Assembly: GCA_963695095.1 (NCBI GenBank)
Contig: CAVOFT010000001.1
Location: 352,001-416,000, forward strand
DNA from: an uncultured bacterium
Lineage (GTDB): Bacteria > Krumholzibacteriota > Krumholzibacteriia > JACNKJ01
DNA length: 64,000 bases
Reading direction: 5' to 3'
Both the position numbers and the translations under genes were made by a program. Positions within the stretch are counted from its first letter, which is position 1; every line of letters begins with the position of its first letter. Below are positions 13,999-27,617 of the stretch, piece after piece. The notes below the pieces were generated by a model. That model was not told the DNA's origin and did no database searches. It saw nothing but the letters and a program-made list of their open reading frames with translations.

Positions 13999-16122
13999 TC
14001 AGCGCAGGCGCACCAGGCGACCGCTCTGCACTCCCCTCGCCGACTGCACGCGGACGAGGTAGACGCCCGCGGGGCTCGGGTGCCCGCGATCATCGCGGCC
14101 ATCCCAGATCAAGGCCTGCCTTCCCGCCGCCAGCGCACCGGCGTGCAGGTTGCGCACGAGACGCCCATCCACGCCGAAGACGCCGGCGCTGATCGGCCCT
14201 GCCGCGGCGAGGCTGAACTGGATCGTGGCGTCGCCGCGCGCGGGGTTGGGCGCGATGCCCAGCGCGGCGAGGGCGAGCCCGGCATCGTCCGCGGCCGAAA
14301 ACAGGTCGCACTGGCCGGGCGCGATGAGCAGGCCCGCGTAGCCGTCGCTCACCAGGAGCAAGTCCTCGTAGCGCCGGCATTGCCCGGCGAAGTTGGCCGC
14401 GCCGATGCTGCCCACGTGGACCGGCGCCGAGCGGTTCGGGATCGCGATCACGCTGATCCCGCCTTCGCCGTCGGCGGTGTAGGCGTAATCCTCGTCCAGG
14501 GTGACCGCGTAGCTCGTCCCGGGCGTCCAGGCGGTGGAGGCCGGCAGCGGCCAGATGGGATCGTGCGCGTCGATGATCTGCAGATCGCCGTCGGCGAGGA
14601 AGACGTAGCCGCCCTGCGCGGCGATGCCGCGCGCGTAGCCGGGCGGATCGAAGCTGCCGATCACCTGGGGCGACGCTGGATTGCCGGCATCGATGATCGA
14701 CAGCTCACCGTCGGACACATAGACCAGCCCCCCGTCGAGGGCGATGGCGTCGGCGAGTCCGCCGGTGACCAGGCTGCCCACGATCACCGGCAAGGCGGGA
14801 TTGCTGACGTCGATCACCTGTAAGCCGGCCATGCCATCGGCGACGTAGGCGAAGTCGCCCAGCACGGCCACTGCCCGCGCCTCGCCCGGCGTGTCCGCGG
14901 TGGCCAGGAGCAGCGGCAGGGCCGGCACGCTGATATCGACGATCTGCAGGCCCCCGACATTGTCGGCGATGAAGGCCAGGTCGCCGGCGATCGCGACATC
15001 CAGCGCCGAGTTCGGCGTGTCCAGGCCGCCGACCAGAGCCGGGGCGGCCGGGTTGGCGATCTCGAGGACCTGGAGTCCGCTCTGCCCCGCCGCCAGGAAG
15101 GCGTAGCCGCCGCGCGCCGCGCAGGCATAGAGGTAGCCAGGGGTGTCGAGGCTGCCGATCGGCGCGGGCGAGGCGGGATTCGCGGCGTCGATCACCTGGA
15201 GGTCGCCGTCGGCGATGTACACGAATTGCCCGGCCTGGGCGACCGCGCTGGCGCTCGCCGTGCGCAGCTCGCCGATCCACTGGGGCGCGGCGGGATTGCC
15301 GGCGTCGACCACCTGCAAGGCGTAGTGATCGTCGGCGAGGAAGACGAGGTCGCCGGCGAGGATGACATCGACGGCGAAGCCGGCGGACGTGGCGCCGACG
15401 AGCGTCGGCGCGGCCGGATTCGCGATGCTCAGGATCTGCAGGCCGTTGAAGTTGTCAGCCACGTAGACCAGGCTACCGGCGATGGCCACCTCATGCGCAT
15501 TGCCCGGGGTGTTGTAGCTGCCGACGAGCTGTGGCGCCGCGGGATTGGCGACATCGATGAGCTGCACGCCGCTCGAGCCATCGGCAACGATGGCCAGCGT
15601 GCCGCTCAGGGCGACGCCGCGGGCCTGGTCCGGGGTGTTATAGCTGCCGGCGAGAACGGGCAAGGCGGGGTTGGAGACGTTCACGATGAGCAGGCCGGTG
15701 TTGCCCGCCGCCAGGTAGACGAAATCACCCGCGGCGGCCAGGCCGCCGGCCATGGCGGGGAGAATGAGACTGCCGAGCAGGGCCGGCGCCGTCGGACTGG
15801 CGATGTCGATGACGCTGAGCCGGTTGCCGCTCTCCGCCACGAAGGCCCACGTGCCGAGGACGGCCACGGCGAGCGCGTTGCCGGGCAGATCCAGGCTGCC
15901 GATCACCTGCGGCGCAGCGGGCGCGGCGATGTCCAGCACGAGGAGGCCTGAACTGCCGTCGGCGAGATAGGCGAGGTCGCCAGCCACGACGACGTCGCTG
16001 CAGGCGCCGGCGGTGGGGAGCGTGGCGGTCCAGTGCAGGTAGTCGGCGTAGTCGACGCATTGGGCCCGACCGGCCGCCGGCAAGCCGAGGAGCAAACAGA
16101 GCAAGCCGAGCTTGCGGTGCAT
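13999..16122 (-). CDS. Secreted LVIVD-repeat protein with C-terminal FlgD-Ig/T9SS-like domain
   Basis: Signal peptide; many ~41-aa repeats (AYVAD...GLQVIDVSNP..P...GS..TPG.A); PNP...G.LVR...WDG.D..G...GVY C-terminus. Confidence 0.9.
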   Translation of the reverse strand: MHRKLGLLCLLLGLPAAGRAQCVDYADYLHWTATLPTAGACSDVVVAGDLAYLADGSSGLLVLDIAAPAAPQVIGSLDLPGNALAVAVLGTWAFVAESGNRLSVIDIASPTAPALLGSLILPAMAGGLAAAGDFVYLAAGNTGLLIVNVSNPALPVLAGSYNTPDQARGVALSGTLAIVADGSSGVQLIDVANPAAPQLVGSYNTPGNAHEVAIAGSLVYVADNFNGLQILSIANPAAPTLVGATSAGFAVDVILAGDLVFLADDHYALQVVDAGNPAAPQWIGELRTASASAVAQAGQFVYIADGDLQVIDAANPASPAPIGSLDTPGYLYACAARGGYAFLAAGQSGLQVLEIANPAAPALVGGLDTPNSALDVAIAGDLAFIADNVGGLQIVDISVPALPLLLATADTPGEARAVAVLGDFAYVADGMAGLQVIDVSNPALPVIVGSLVTGGLADAIALDGGLVYVSDGELSIIDAGNPASPQVIGSFDPPGYARGIAAQGGYVFLADGDLQIIDAHDPIWPLPASTAWTPGTSYAVTLDEDYAYTADGEGGISVIAIPNRSAPVHVGSIGAANFAGQCRRYEDLLLVSDGYAGLLIAPGQCDLFSAADDAGLALAALGIAPNPARGDATIQFSLAAAGPISAGVFGVDGRLVRNLHAGALAAGRQALIWDGRDDRGHPSPAGVYLVRVQSARGVQSGRLVRLR

Positions 16123-16357
16123 GACGGAACCTCCGATGATTGCCTGAGCGGCTCGAACCGCGAGGGCGGACTGCTGCCGAGCGGCTACTATATCGCATTG
16201 ATGGCGAAATAGGGAAAATTCCAAAGCCCTGGACCGCGGCGCCGCGATCGAGTCAAGCTGCGTGTCAGGAAGCGCTTACGCGCACGGAACCCAGGGCCGG
16301 GGCCGGCCGTATGCGCTGCCTCTCCCCCGCCAAGCGAAGCAGGAGCCCGTGACCCCG

Positions 16358-17320
16358 ATGCCGGCCAGGGATGCCTACGGGACGCGCAGCAGCGTCTGGA
16401 CCGCGGCCTTGCTCGTCGCCCTGCTCCTGCACGCCGCCGCCCTGCTCGGCCTGCGTCGCTGGGATCCCGCGGCGGCGGCCGTCCAGGCCATGGCCCCGGC
16501 ACCCGAGCCCCTGCAGTTCGTCTTCGCGCCGGACGCCACGCCGGCACCGGCGGCGCCGCGCGAGTTCACGGAGCTGCCCGCCGACCGCGCCGAGGAGGCG
16601 CCGGAGCGGCCGGATTTCCTGAGCAACGTCGACAGCCGCGCCCGCGACGCCGCCCCCGGGGGCGAGGAGGCCGGCCGGCCCCGGAGCGAGGGCCGCGCCG
16701 ACTTCCCCCAGGTGGCCATGGCCGCCGGTGAGGCGGCGGCGGCGATTCCCCAGCCGCGCGGCGAGGAGAGCGCGCTGGGCGAGCGCGAGCCCACGGAGTC
16801 CGCCCGCGACGCCCTCGCCGAGCCGCAGGCCGCCCCGCCCCGCCAGGGACTGCCCACGGGCGAGGATCCGCTGGCGGCCTTCCGCCGCTTCGACCCGGCG
16901 ACCCTGACCGCGCCGGCGCCGCAGGCCGGCGCGCCCGGCACGGCGGACATCAACCAGGAGGCCATGGCCAGCGCCGACGGCAACGTGCGCCTGCTCGGCG
17001 AGGTCAGCCTGAACACCACGGCCTGGGTCTACGGCTACTGGATGCAGCGCTTCCGCCGCGCGGTGGAGGCGCACTGGAACGCGCCCTACGCCTTCCAGAT
17101 CGGCATGATCAGGGGCTGGACGCTGGTGGGCCTGGAAGTGTCGCGCACGGGGGCCCTGCTGCAGCTCGAGGTGCTGGGCGAGGAGGGCCACTGGACCCTG
17201 CGCGACGCCAGCGTGGCGGCCATCCAGGCCGCGGCGCCCTTCGAGCCCCTGCCACCGGACGCACCGGAGCAGACCCTGCGCCTGCAGATTCGCATGATCT
17301 ACACGGACTACGGCCGCTAG
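16358..17320 (+). CDS. TonB-like energy transducer (start uncertain, 16262-16358)
   Basis: N-terminal TM with ALLLH, Pro/Ala-rich linker, TonB_C-like tail (G.L...EV...G...LRDASVAAI..AAPF.PLP); adjacent to exbBD. Confidence 0.75.
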   Translation: MPARDAYGTRSSVWTAALLVALLLHAAALLGLRRWDPAAAAVQAMAPAPEPLQFVFAPDATPAPAAPREFTELPADRAEEAPERPDFLSNVDSRARDAAPGGEEAGRPRSEGRADFPQVAMAAGEAAAAIPQPRGEESALGEREPTESARDALAEPQAAPPRQGLPTGEDPLAAFRRFDPATLTAPAPQAGAPGTADINQEAMASADGNVRLLGEVSLNTTAWVYGYWMQRFRRAVEAHWNAPYAFQIGMIRGWTLVGLEVSRTGALLQLEVLGEEGHWTLRDASVAAIQAAAPFEPLPPDAPEQTLRLQIRMIYTDYGR

Positions 17321-17394
17321 GCGATCACGCGGCGCGCTTGCCCGCCGCCAACGCACGCGGTCGCCGCCGGCCGCCGACCACGAGGTGAAAGGCC

Positions 17395-18012
17395 ATGCTC
17401 GACATTCTCGCCAAGACCGGCATCCTCGTCTACCCGCTCGGGCTCTGCTCGCTGCTCGCGGCGACGATCACCGTCGAGCGCGTCTGGGCCCTGCGCCGCA
17501 GCCGCGTGCTGCCGCGGGAGATCCTCGAAGTGGTGGGCGCCGCGCGGCCGGGCCGCGACCTCAGCCTGGCCATCGAGGTCTGCCGGCGCAATCCCGGCGT
17601 CTTCGCCGACGTGATGCGCGCGGGCCTGGAGCAGGCGGACCAGCCCTGGGAGCAGATGCGCGACGCCCTGCTCGACACGGGCCGCCAGCGCACGCCCGTG
17701 CTCGAGCGCTACCTGGTGTGGCTCTCCACCATCGCCCAGGCGGCGCCCTTGCTCGGCCTGCTCGGCACGGTGCTCGGCATGATCCGCATGTTCGCGGCGA
17801 TGTCGGTGTCCGGGCTCGGCGATCCCAACGCGCTCTCGGGCGGCATCAGCGAGGCCATGTTCACGACGGCCATCGGCCTCGTGATCGGCATTCCGACCCT
17901 GGTGGCGCACAACCTGATCGCCGCGCGCGCCGAGGCCCTGATCGCCGAGATCGAGGCCCAGGCCACGCAGCTCCTCAGGCGCTTGCGCGGCGAGGCGGGG
18001 GCGGCGGCATGA
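17395..18012 (+). CDS. exbB: MotA/TolQ/ExbB proton channel
   Basis: APLLGLLGTVLGMI, GISEAMFTTAIGL. Confidence 0.9.
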   Translation: MLDILAKTGILVYPLGLCSLLAATITVERVWALRRSRVLPREILEVVGAARPGRDLSLAIEVCRRNPGVFADVMRAGLEQADQPWEQMRDALLDTGRQRTPVLERYLVWLSTIAQAAPLLGLLGTVLGMIRMFAAMSVSGLGDPNALSGGISEAMFTTAIGLVIGIPTLVAHNLIAARAEALIAEIEAQATQLLRRLRGEAGAAA

Positions 18013-18467
18013 CGGGGCTGGAGTTTCGACCGCGGGGCAAGCGCGCCGGCGTCACCCTGAACCTGACGCCGCTGATCGACGTGCTCTTCCTGTTCATCAT
18101 CTTCTTCACGCTGACCAGCACCTTCAAGCGCGTCGGCGAGCTGGAGCTGCGCCTGCCGGACTCCTCCACCGCGCAGCCCGCGCCCGCGGGCGCCGAGGCC
18201 CTGGAGCTGGAGCTGGTGGCCACCGAGGACGGCCGCCTGCTCTTGGACAGGCGACCGCTCGCCCTCACCGAGCTGAAGAGCGCGCTCGCGAGCCTGCGCG
18301 CCGAGAACCCGGAGCGCCGCGTGCTGATCAAGGCCGAGGCGGGGGTCACGCACGGCGAAGTGGTGCGCCTGCTGGACATCGTGCGCGAGGCGGGCTTCCC
18401 CGGCGTGGGCATCGGCACCGAGCGCAGCGGGGCACCGGGCGAGGAGAGCCCTCCCCAGGGCCGCTAG
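18009..18467 (+). CDS. exbD: ExbD/TolR biopolymer transport protein
   Basis: ATG overlaps the exbB stop; LNLTPLIDVLFLFIIFF, IKAE.GV.HG.VV.LLD. Confidence 0.9.
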   Translation: MTGLEFRPRGKRAGVTLNLTPLIDVLFLFIIFFTLTSTFKRVGELELRLPDSSTAQPAPAGAEALELELVATEDGRLLLDRRPLALTELKSALASLRAENPERRVLIKAEAGVTHGEVVRLLDIVREAGFPGVGIGTERSGAPGEESPPQGR

Positions 18468-18579
18468 CGCCCGGTGGATTGTGCGCGGTCTCGAGATCTG
18501 ATAGAGTTGTGGCACCGGCAGGCGCAGCCATCGGCTGCCCGGCGACGGTGTGGGTTGGACTCTGGTAGGAGGTGCTGTG

Positions 18580-19188
18580 GTGTCGCGACGCTGCTGGTTT
18601 TCCCCGTTGCTCTTCGTTCTCGGCTTGACCCTGATGCCGGCGCTGGGCTGGGCGCAGCCAACGATCATCAGTGAATTCGAGGTCGACGTCGATGGCTGGG
18701 GCGTGTCGGGCGGCGCGATCTACCTCCACGCGACCCTCGGCAACCCGGGTGGCTTCATCGAATTCGAGGACAACTTCGCCGGCGCCGGCTACTTCTATCC
18801 ACCGGCGCGCTTCCTGGGCGATCTCAGCCTGTACGACCAGGGCTCGCTGTCCTTCGATTTGAAACACACGGCGAGCAACAACAACGCCTTCTTCTCGGCC
18901 TTCGGACTCGTCGGCATCTACTCCGGGGGGACGAGTGTCCAGCTGGACGTCGTGCCCGATATCTGGCTGGACGAGTGGACCGCTGTCAGCATCCCCCTCA
19001 CGGCCGCGATCTGGGGGATCGGGGAGACCGAGTGGCAGGCCCTGCTCGCGGACGTGACCGAGATCCGGATCACCATGGACTCCCAGTGGGACTACTCCGA
19101 CCGGACCGGCCTCGATAACTTCTGCATCGCTCCGCTGCCCACCGCCGTCGCGCCGGGCAGCTTCGGGGCGATCAAGGCGCTCTACTGA
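18580..19188 (+). CDS. Secreted laminin-B(IV)-like protein with C-terminal 'SFGAIKALY' tail
   Basis: Signal peptide; FEVDVDGW, GNPGG, P.RFLGDLS, L.DVT.IRI, GLDNF. Confidence 0.6.
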   Translation: MSRRCWFSPLLFVLGLTLMPALGWAQPTIISEFEVDVDGWGVSGGAIYLHATLGNPGGFIEFEDNFAGAGYFYPPARFLGDLSLYDQGSLSFDLKHTASNNNAFFSAFGLVGIYSGGTSVQLDVVPDIWLDEWTAVSIPLTAAIWGIGETEWQALLADVTEIRITMDSQWDYSDRTGLDNFCIAPLPTAVAPGSFGAIKALY

Positions 19189-19238
19189 CGCTGGCAGGAC
19201 TTGCGTAGCGGACGGCGCGGGCTCCGGCGGCGCCGCCC

Positions 19239-20147
19239 CTACTGTGCCGAGAGGGCCGCCTCGATCTCGGGGATGTTCAGCTCCACGGTCCAGATGTCCA
19301 GGCTGCCGCCGCGCGAGCTGGTGAAGGCGATCGTCCGCCCGTCGGGCGACCAGCGCGGCGTGTCGTCGTAGGCGACGTCGCCGGTGACCTGTACACGCCG
19401 ATTGCCGCCCGCGGCGGGCATCACCCAGAGGTTGCAGTCCCGACCCTCGCCGAGGACGATGGCGAGCAGCTTGCCGTCCGGTGAGAGATCCACGCAGGAG
19501 CGCAGCTCGTCCTCGCTGAAGAGCGGCATCGACTGCTTGCCGTCGGCGGTGACGAGCCACAGGGTCGCGCGTGGATAGGGCTCCTGGCGCACCACCGTGT
19601 AGAGGCTGCGGCCGTCCTTGCTCCAGCAGCCGGGGAAAGGCTGGGCATTCTCCATGCGGAAGGCCGCCACGATGGCACCCGTGGCGAGTTCGTAGACCCA
19701 GAGCGTGTCGCCCTCGTGGAAGGCGATGCGCGTGCCGTCCGGCGACCACCTGGGATTGCCGCCCTTGCTCACCGTGACCACTGGCGGCAGGATGCGCAGG
19801 GGCCAGCCGCCCTCGGCCGCGACGACCATCAGGCAGTTGCCGAAGTCCCCGTCGAAGACGATCAGGCCCCCATCCGGCGACCAGTCCGGGTGCTCGCCGA
19901 TCACCCGCGTGAGCTGCCGCGGCTCGCCGCCCAGCGGCGTGATCAGCCAAAGGCCCATTAGCGGCGAGTCGGGATCCTGCGGCGTGCGCGAGAAGACGAT
20001 GCGCGTGCCGTCCGGCGACCAGCAGGGAAAGCCCTCCTGAACGAGGTCGCTCGTGAGTTGCCGCACGGGGTACTCGACGGCGTGGGCAGGCGCGGCGCCG
20101 ATGGCCGCGGCCGCCACGAACAGGATGCTCACGAGTCGCTTGCCCAT
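19239..20147 (-). CDS. TolB-like PD40 repeat protein
   Basis: Signal peptide; repeated P.WSPDG..I.F. Confidence 0.88.
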   Translation of the reverse strand: MGKRLVSILFVAAAAIGAAPAHAVEYPVRQLTSDLVQEGFPCWSPDGTRIVFSRTPQDPDSPLMGLWLITPLGGEPRQLTRVIGEHPDWSPDGGLIVFDGDFGNCLMVVAAEGGWPLRILPPVVTVSKGGNPRWSPDGTRIAFHEGDTLWVYELATGAIVAAFRMENAQPFPGCWSKDGRSLYTVVRQEPYPRATLWLVTADGKQSMPLFSEDELRSCVDLSPDGKLLAIVLGEGRDCNLWVMPAAGGNRRVQVTGDVAYDDTPRWSPDGRTIAFTSSRGGSLDIWTVELNIPEIEAALSAQ

Positions 20148-20436
20148 CCGTCACCTCCCGTTGCGGGCGCCCCCGGCGTCCCCCCAAGCAGTATATCCGC
20201 GTCCCTCCCCAGAGGCCAGCCGGGCCTCGGCCGGCGCAAGCGCCCTGGGGCGCCGTCCGGCGGCGCCGAGCGAGCGCGCCCGCCGGCTCGAGCCCCCGTC
20301 GCTCGCGGCCGGAGCCGCCGGCCAGGCGCCAGGGGGCGAAAGCGATTCCGTCGGGATTCCCCTTGCCGCCGCCGGTCCCTGGCGACTAGAGTGCCCGCAA
20401 TTTGGGATCGGCGACCCTCTCACCGAAACGAGCGCC

Positions 20437-21623
20437 TTGCAGGCAAGGATCGCCCTCGAGTCAGGCCTGTGCTTCACGGGCCGCCTCTTCGGCGCGCCGC
20501 GGGATGCGGCGGGCGAGCTGGTTTTCCACACCGGGATGACCGGCTACCAGGAGATCCTCAGCGATCCCAGCTACGCCGGCCAGATCGTCCTCTTCACCGC
20601 TCCCCACATCGGCAACTACGGCATCCACGCCGAGGACTACGAGTCCTCGCGCGTGCACCCGGCCGCGGTGATCCTGCGCGACCACTGCCGGCGCAGCTTC
20701 CACCAGCGCGCCGAGCGCAGCCTCGAGGATCTGCTGCGCCGCGACGCCGTGCCGGCCCTCAGCGACGTGGACACGCGCGCCCTCACCATCGCCGTGCGCG
20801 AGGGCGGCGCCTGCCGGGCAGCTCTGGGCCTCGCCGACGCCGACACCCTGATCGCGCGCGCCCGCGCCCTCGCGCCCATGGCCGCCACGGACTGGGTGGC
20901 TCGCGTGAGCACGCGCGCACCCTACGCGGTCGCAGCCGCAGCGCCGCCGCCCGAGGGCGGGCCGCCCTTCCGCGTCGCCGTGCTGGACTTCGGGGTGAAG
21001 CGCAGCATCCTCGGTCGCCTCGCCGCCGAGGGCATCGCCAGCGCGGTGCTGCCCGCGCGCACGCCCGCCGCCGAGCTGCTTGCCGGCGGCTACGAGGGCG
21101 TCTTCCTGAGCAACGGGCCGGGCGACCCCGCCACGCAGCCCGCGCTCGTGGAGACCGTGCGCACCCTGCTCGCCGCCGCGCTGCCGCTCTTCGGTATCTG
21201 CCTCGGCCACCAGCTCCTCGCGCGCGCGCTGGGCGCGGACACCGTGAAGCTCCCCTTCGGGCACCACGGGGCGAACCACCCCGTGCAGCGCCTCGCCGAC
21301 GGCCGCGTGGAAATCACGAGCCAGAACCACAACTACGCCGTGCCGGCCGCCTCCCTCGCGCGCACGGCGGCGCGGGTCACGCACCTGAGCCTCAACGACG
21401 GCACAGTGGAGGGCCTGGAGCTGCCGGGCCGGCCGGTCTACTCGGTGCAGTACCACCCGGAGGCGGCGCCCGGCCCCCGCGACAGCCACTACCTCTTCGC
21501 TCGCTTTCGCCGCGACATGGCCGCGCGGCGTCCCCGCGCGGCCGGCGCTGCCGCGGCCGCCGCCGCCGCCGCTGCGGCGGGCGCCGCCGCGCCCGGCACC
21601 GACGCCCCCGGGGGCGGGCGCTG

Positions 21624-21624
<1 letters not shown>
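20437..21624 (+). CDS. carA: Carbamoyl-phosphate synthase small subunit (TTG start inferred)
   Basis: [46 protein letters not shown]. Confidence 0.95.
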
Positions 21625-24962
<3,338 letters not shown>

Positions 24963-25197
24963 GGCTGCGGCGGACAGCGGGATCGCTAGCCTGGCCGCGT
25001 GCGCCGCGGTCCGCCTCCAGCGCGGTGAAGAACGTCCGGCGCTGGCTGCGCTTTCGCGTCCGCGGGCCGGCTGATTCCAGCAGGCCTCCTCGCGCCAACA
25101 AGCCCCTCTGCCCGCCCCCGGGGGCGGGTTGGACTTCTCGGGCTTGGGGGAGCAATCGCGGGAGGAGGAGCCGCCAGGCGATTTTTCGCCCGCGGCC

Positions 25198-25232
25198 TTG
25201 ACGGCGGCAGGATGATACTATACATTTGTATC
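25198..25232 (+). promoter_or_regulatory. Sigma70-like promoter overlapped by a palindromic operator
   Basis: TTGACG-N17-TACATT; dyad ATACA-TT-TGTAT overlaps the -10 element. Confidence 0.55.
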
Positions 25233-25272
25233 CCCCGCAAGCCTCCCGCCCCGTTTTCTTGGGGATTCTCAC

Positions 25273-26439
25273 ATGTCCGAACGCCTGCAACGGGCGGAGC
25301 GCCTTCACGCGGCGCTGACTGCCGAGCTTGCCGAATTGCGGCGCGCCGAGCGCGGCGCCTTGCTCCACTTCGCCTCGATTCACCGGGATCGGCTCTACCG
25401 CGAGCTGGGCTACGCCTCCATTCACGCCTATGGCCGCGAGGGCCTGGGCTTCTCCGAGCGCAAGCTCTCGGCTTTCGTGCGCCTGAGCGAGGCCTTGGAT
25501 CGGCTGCCCGCCACGCGGAAGGCCGTGGCAGCGGGCGCGCTGCCCTGGACCAAGGCCCGCGAACTGGTGGCCGTGGCGACGCCGGCAACCGAGCAGCGCT
25601 GGCTGGCCGAGGCCAGCGTGTCCAGCCGGCGCGAGCTGGAGCGCAAGGTCTGCGCCGCCCGCTCCCGGCCGGGGCCGCGGCGACGGTCCGCGGCTGCCCA
25701 GCCGGCCCTGGCGCTGGCCTCCACGCCGGCCGAGGCGGCGCGCAGCGCGCAGGAAGCGGAGGCGCCTCTGCGCCTGACCTTGAGCTTCACGCCCGAGCAG
25801 TTCGGCCGCTGGGAAGCACTGATCGAAGGGCTGCGCAAGGCCGGCCATCGCCAGCCGCGCGAGGAGCTGCTGCTGGCGGCACTCGCGGCGCTGGTGGAGG
25901 AGGCGGCCCGCCCGGCGCCCGCTGCGGCCAAGTCCGCCGAAGCCGCCAAGGCCCCTGCCACCGCCAATGGCGCCCCCGACAGCGCATCCGCGCCGTCAAC
26001 CCGCCCCCGGGGGCGGGTGGCGGCGAGCCCCTTCCAGGTGATCCTGCGCCGTTGCCCGGACTGCGGGACCAGCGTGCAGGTCACGAGCCGCGGCGAGCGG
26101 CCGGTTGGACCCGCGCTGGCGGCGCGGGCCGCCTGCGACGCCGATGAACTCGCCCCCGGGGGCGGGCTCCAGCGCAGTGTGACCCCGGCGCTCAGGCGGC
26201 GCATCCTGGCGCGCGACGGCCATCGCTGTGGAGCGCCGGGCTGCGGGGCGACGCGCTTCCTGGAAGTGCACCACCTGGTGCCTCGCTCGCGCGGGGGCGG
26301 CCAGGAGGAGGCGAACCTGGTGACGCTCTGCGCGCGCTGCCATCAGCTGCTGCACGAGCGCGGAGGGCTGCCGGGGCTGGCCCTGCCGCTGGCCGAGGCG
26401 GTGAGGAGCGGCGCGAACCCGGCGCGGGGCTCGCCCTGA
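25273..26439 (+). CDS. DUF222-like/HNH endonuclease
   Basis: N-terminal LY..LGY.S...Y....LG.S...LP....A...G.L.W.K; C-terminal RDG.RC..PGC...LEVHH...GG....NL.TLC..CH. Confidence 0.85.
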   Translation: MSERLQRAERLHAALTAELAELRRAERGALLHFASIHRDRLYRELGYASIHAYGREGLGFSERKLSAFVRLSEALDRLPATRKAVAAGALPWTKARELVAVATPATEQRWLAEASVSSRRELERKVCAARSRPGPRRRSAAAQPALALASTPAEAARSAQEAEAPLRLTLSFTPEQFGRWEALIEGLRKAGHRQPREELLLAALAALVEEAARPAPAAAKSAEAAKAPATANGAPDSASAPSTRPRGRVAASPFQVILRRCPDCGTSVQVTSRGERPVGPALAARAACDADELAPGGGLQRSVTPALRRRILARDGHRCGAPGCGATRFLEVHHLVPRSRGGGQEEANLVTLCARCHQLLHERGGLPGLALPLAEAVRSGANPARGSP

Positions 26440-26458
26440 ATCACTCGCCCGCCGCGGG

Positions 26459-27613
26459 TCAGGCAGCTCGCCGGGCACCGCGCCGCATCGCTGCGACGAG
26501 CACGATCGCGAAGAGCAGCAGGGCGACTTCATTCAGCAGACCGCCCCAGCCGCGGACGGCCGGCGCGCCGGCGTGGTCACCGGCGATGCGCATCAGCAGC
26601 GAGGCGTGCAGCAGCGCCAGCGGCAGGTAGAAGCGCCCGCCGAACTGCACGGCCTTGCCGGTGAGCGCGGGCACGATGATCGGCGCGTGGCCGAAGATCA
26701 TCGAGAGCACGAAGCCGACGGTGAAGGCGTGCAGCGTGGCGTCGAAGTGCGGGCCGACCATCTCGCCCGGCTTCGCCAGGTAGGAGAAGCCGGCCACGAC
26801 GAGCCAGACGTAGCCGCTGAGCAGGCAGATCGCCGTGTAGCGGGTGACGCCGCTCATGCGCACGGTGCGGCGGGCGACGTCGTTGGTGGCGAGCCAGAGG
26901 CCGAAGACGAGCATGGCGAAGCCGATCAGGCGGTCCGCGCCGCGCAGGGCGAAGGGTGCGGCGAAGGCACCGGCCAGGGCGATGAGGCTGACCGCCACGA
27001 AGAAGGGCCCCGTGCCGCGCTTGGGCGCGAGCACGCGGCCCAGCTCCAGCCGCTCGCCGGCGATGGTGAGCAGGAGGAAGGCGTTCCAGCCGGGCACGGC
27101 CGCGGCCACCGGCTTGCCCGCGGCCAGGGCCAGGTTGGCGGCGAGGAAGGCGAGGGCGCCCAGGCCCATCACGGCGTTGAAGAGGGTCGGCTGGCGGCGC
27201 AGCACGGCGGCGAAGATGCCGCAGAGGCCCAGCGCGCCGAGCGCGAAGAGGAAGGCGCCGGCCTGCTCCGGCCGGAAGGGGAGCGTGGGCGGCAGGGCCG
27301 CCAGCGCCAGCATGAGCAGGGCGCCCAGGCCGGTGGCGGCCGGGGCCAGCCAGGCCCAGGGCCGGCCCAGAGCCGCCGCGCGCTCCACGCCGATCACGGT
27401 GCCCAGGAAGCCGGCCACCATGAGCGGTCCGTGCAGGGGCGCCGTGCTGGCGGCGATGCCGATGTCCCAGGGCAGGCGCCACAGCCCGGCCAGGAGGCCG
27501 AAGAGCAGGGCGAGGATGGCCGGCAGGACGATCGGCAGCGGATGGCCGGGGGCCTGGCTCGGGGTCGCGGCGGCCGGCGCCGCGGGCCGGGCCTTGGGGG
27601 TGCGTTCGCTCAT
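26459..27613 (-). CDS. Multi-pass membrane protein, NnrS-like
   Basis: About 12 TM segments; HGPLM..GFLGT.I..ERA, IAGERLEL, H...GFV.SMIFGHAP. Confidence 0.65.
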   Translation of the reverse strand: MSERTPKARPAAPAAATPSQAPGHPLPIVLPAILALLFGLLAGLWRLPWDIGIAASTAPLHGPLMVAGFLGTVIGVERAAALGRPWAWLAPAATGLGALLMLALAALPPTLPFRPEQAGAFLFALGALGLCGIFAAVLRRQPTLFNAVMGLGALAFLAANLALAAGKPVAAAVPGWNAFLLLTIAGERLELGRVLAPKRGTGPFFVAVSLIALAGAFAAPFALRGADRLIGFAMLVFGLWLATNDVARRTVRMSGVTRYTAICLLSGYVWLVVAGFSYLAKPGEMVGPHFDATLHAFTVGFVLSMIFGHAPIIVPALTGKAVQFGGRFYLPLALLHASLLMRIAGDHAGAPAVRGWGGLLNEVALLLFAIVLVAAMRRGARRAA

Positions 27614-27617
27614 GCGT

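Noticed and set aside
20053..21623. Extended starts for carA (20053) and carB (20058) in the ORF track
   Set aside because: Homology begins near 20437 and at 21624 respectively; the extensions overlap other genes.
25273..26439. IscB/Cas9-like RNA-guided nuclease
   Set aside because: No PLMP or RuvC motifs seen; the HNH is C-terminal after a DUF222-like region.
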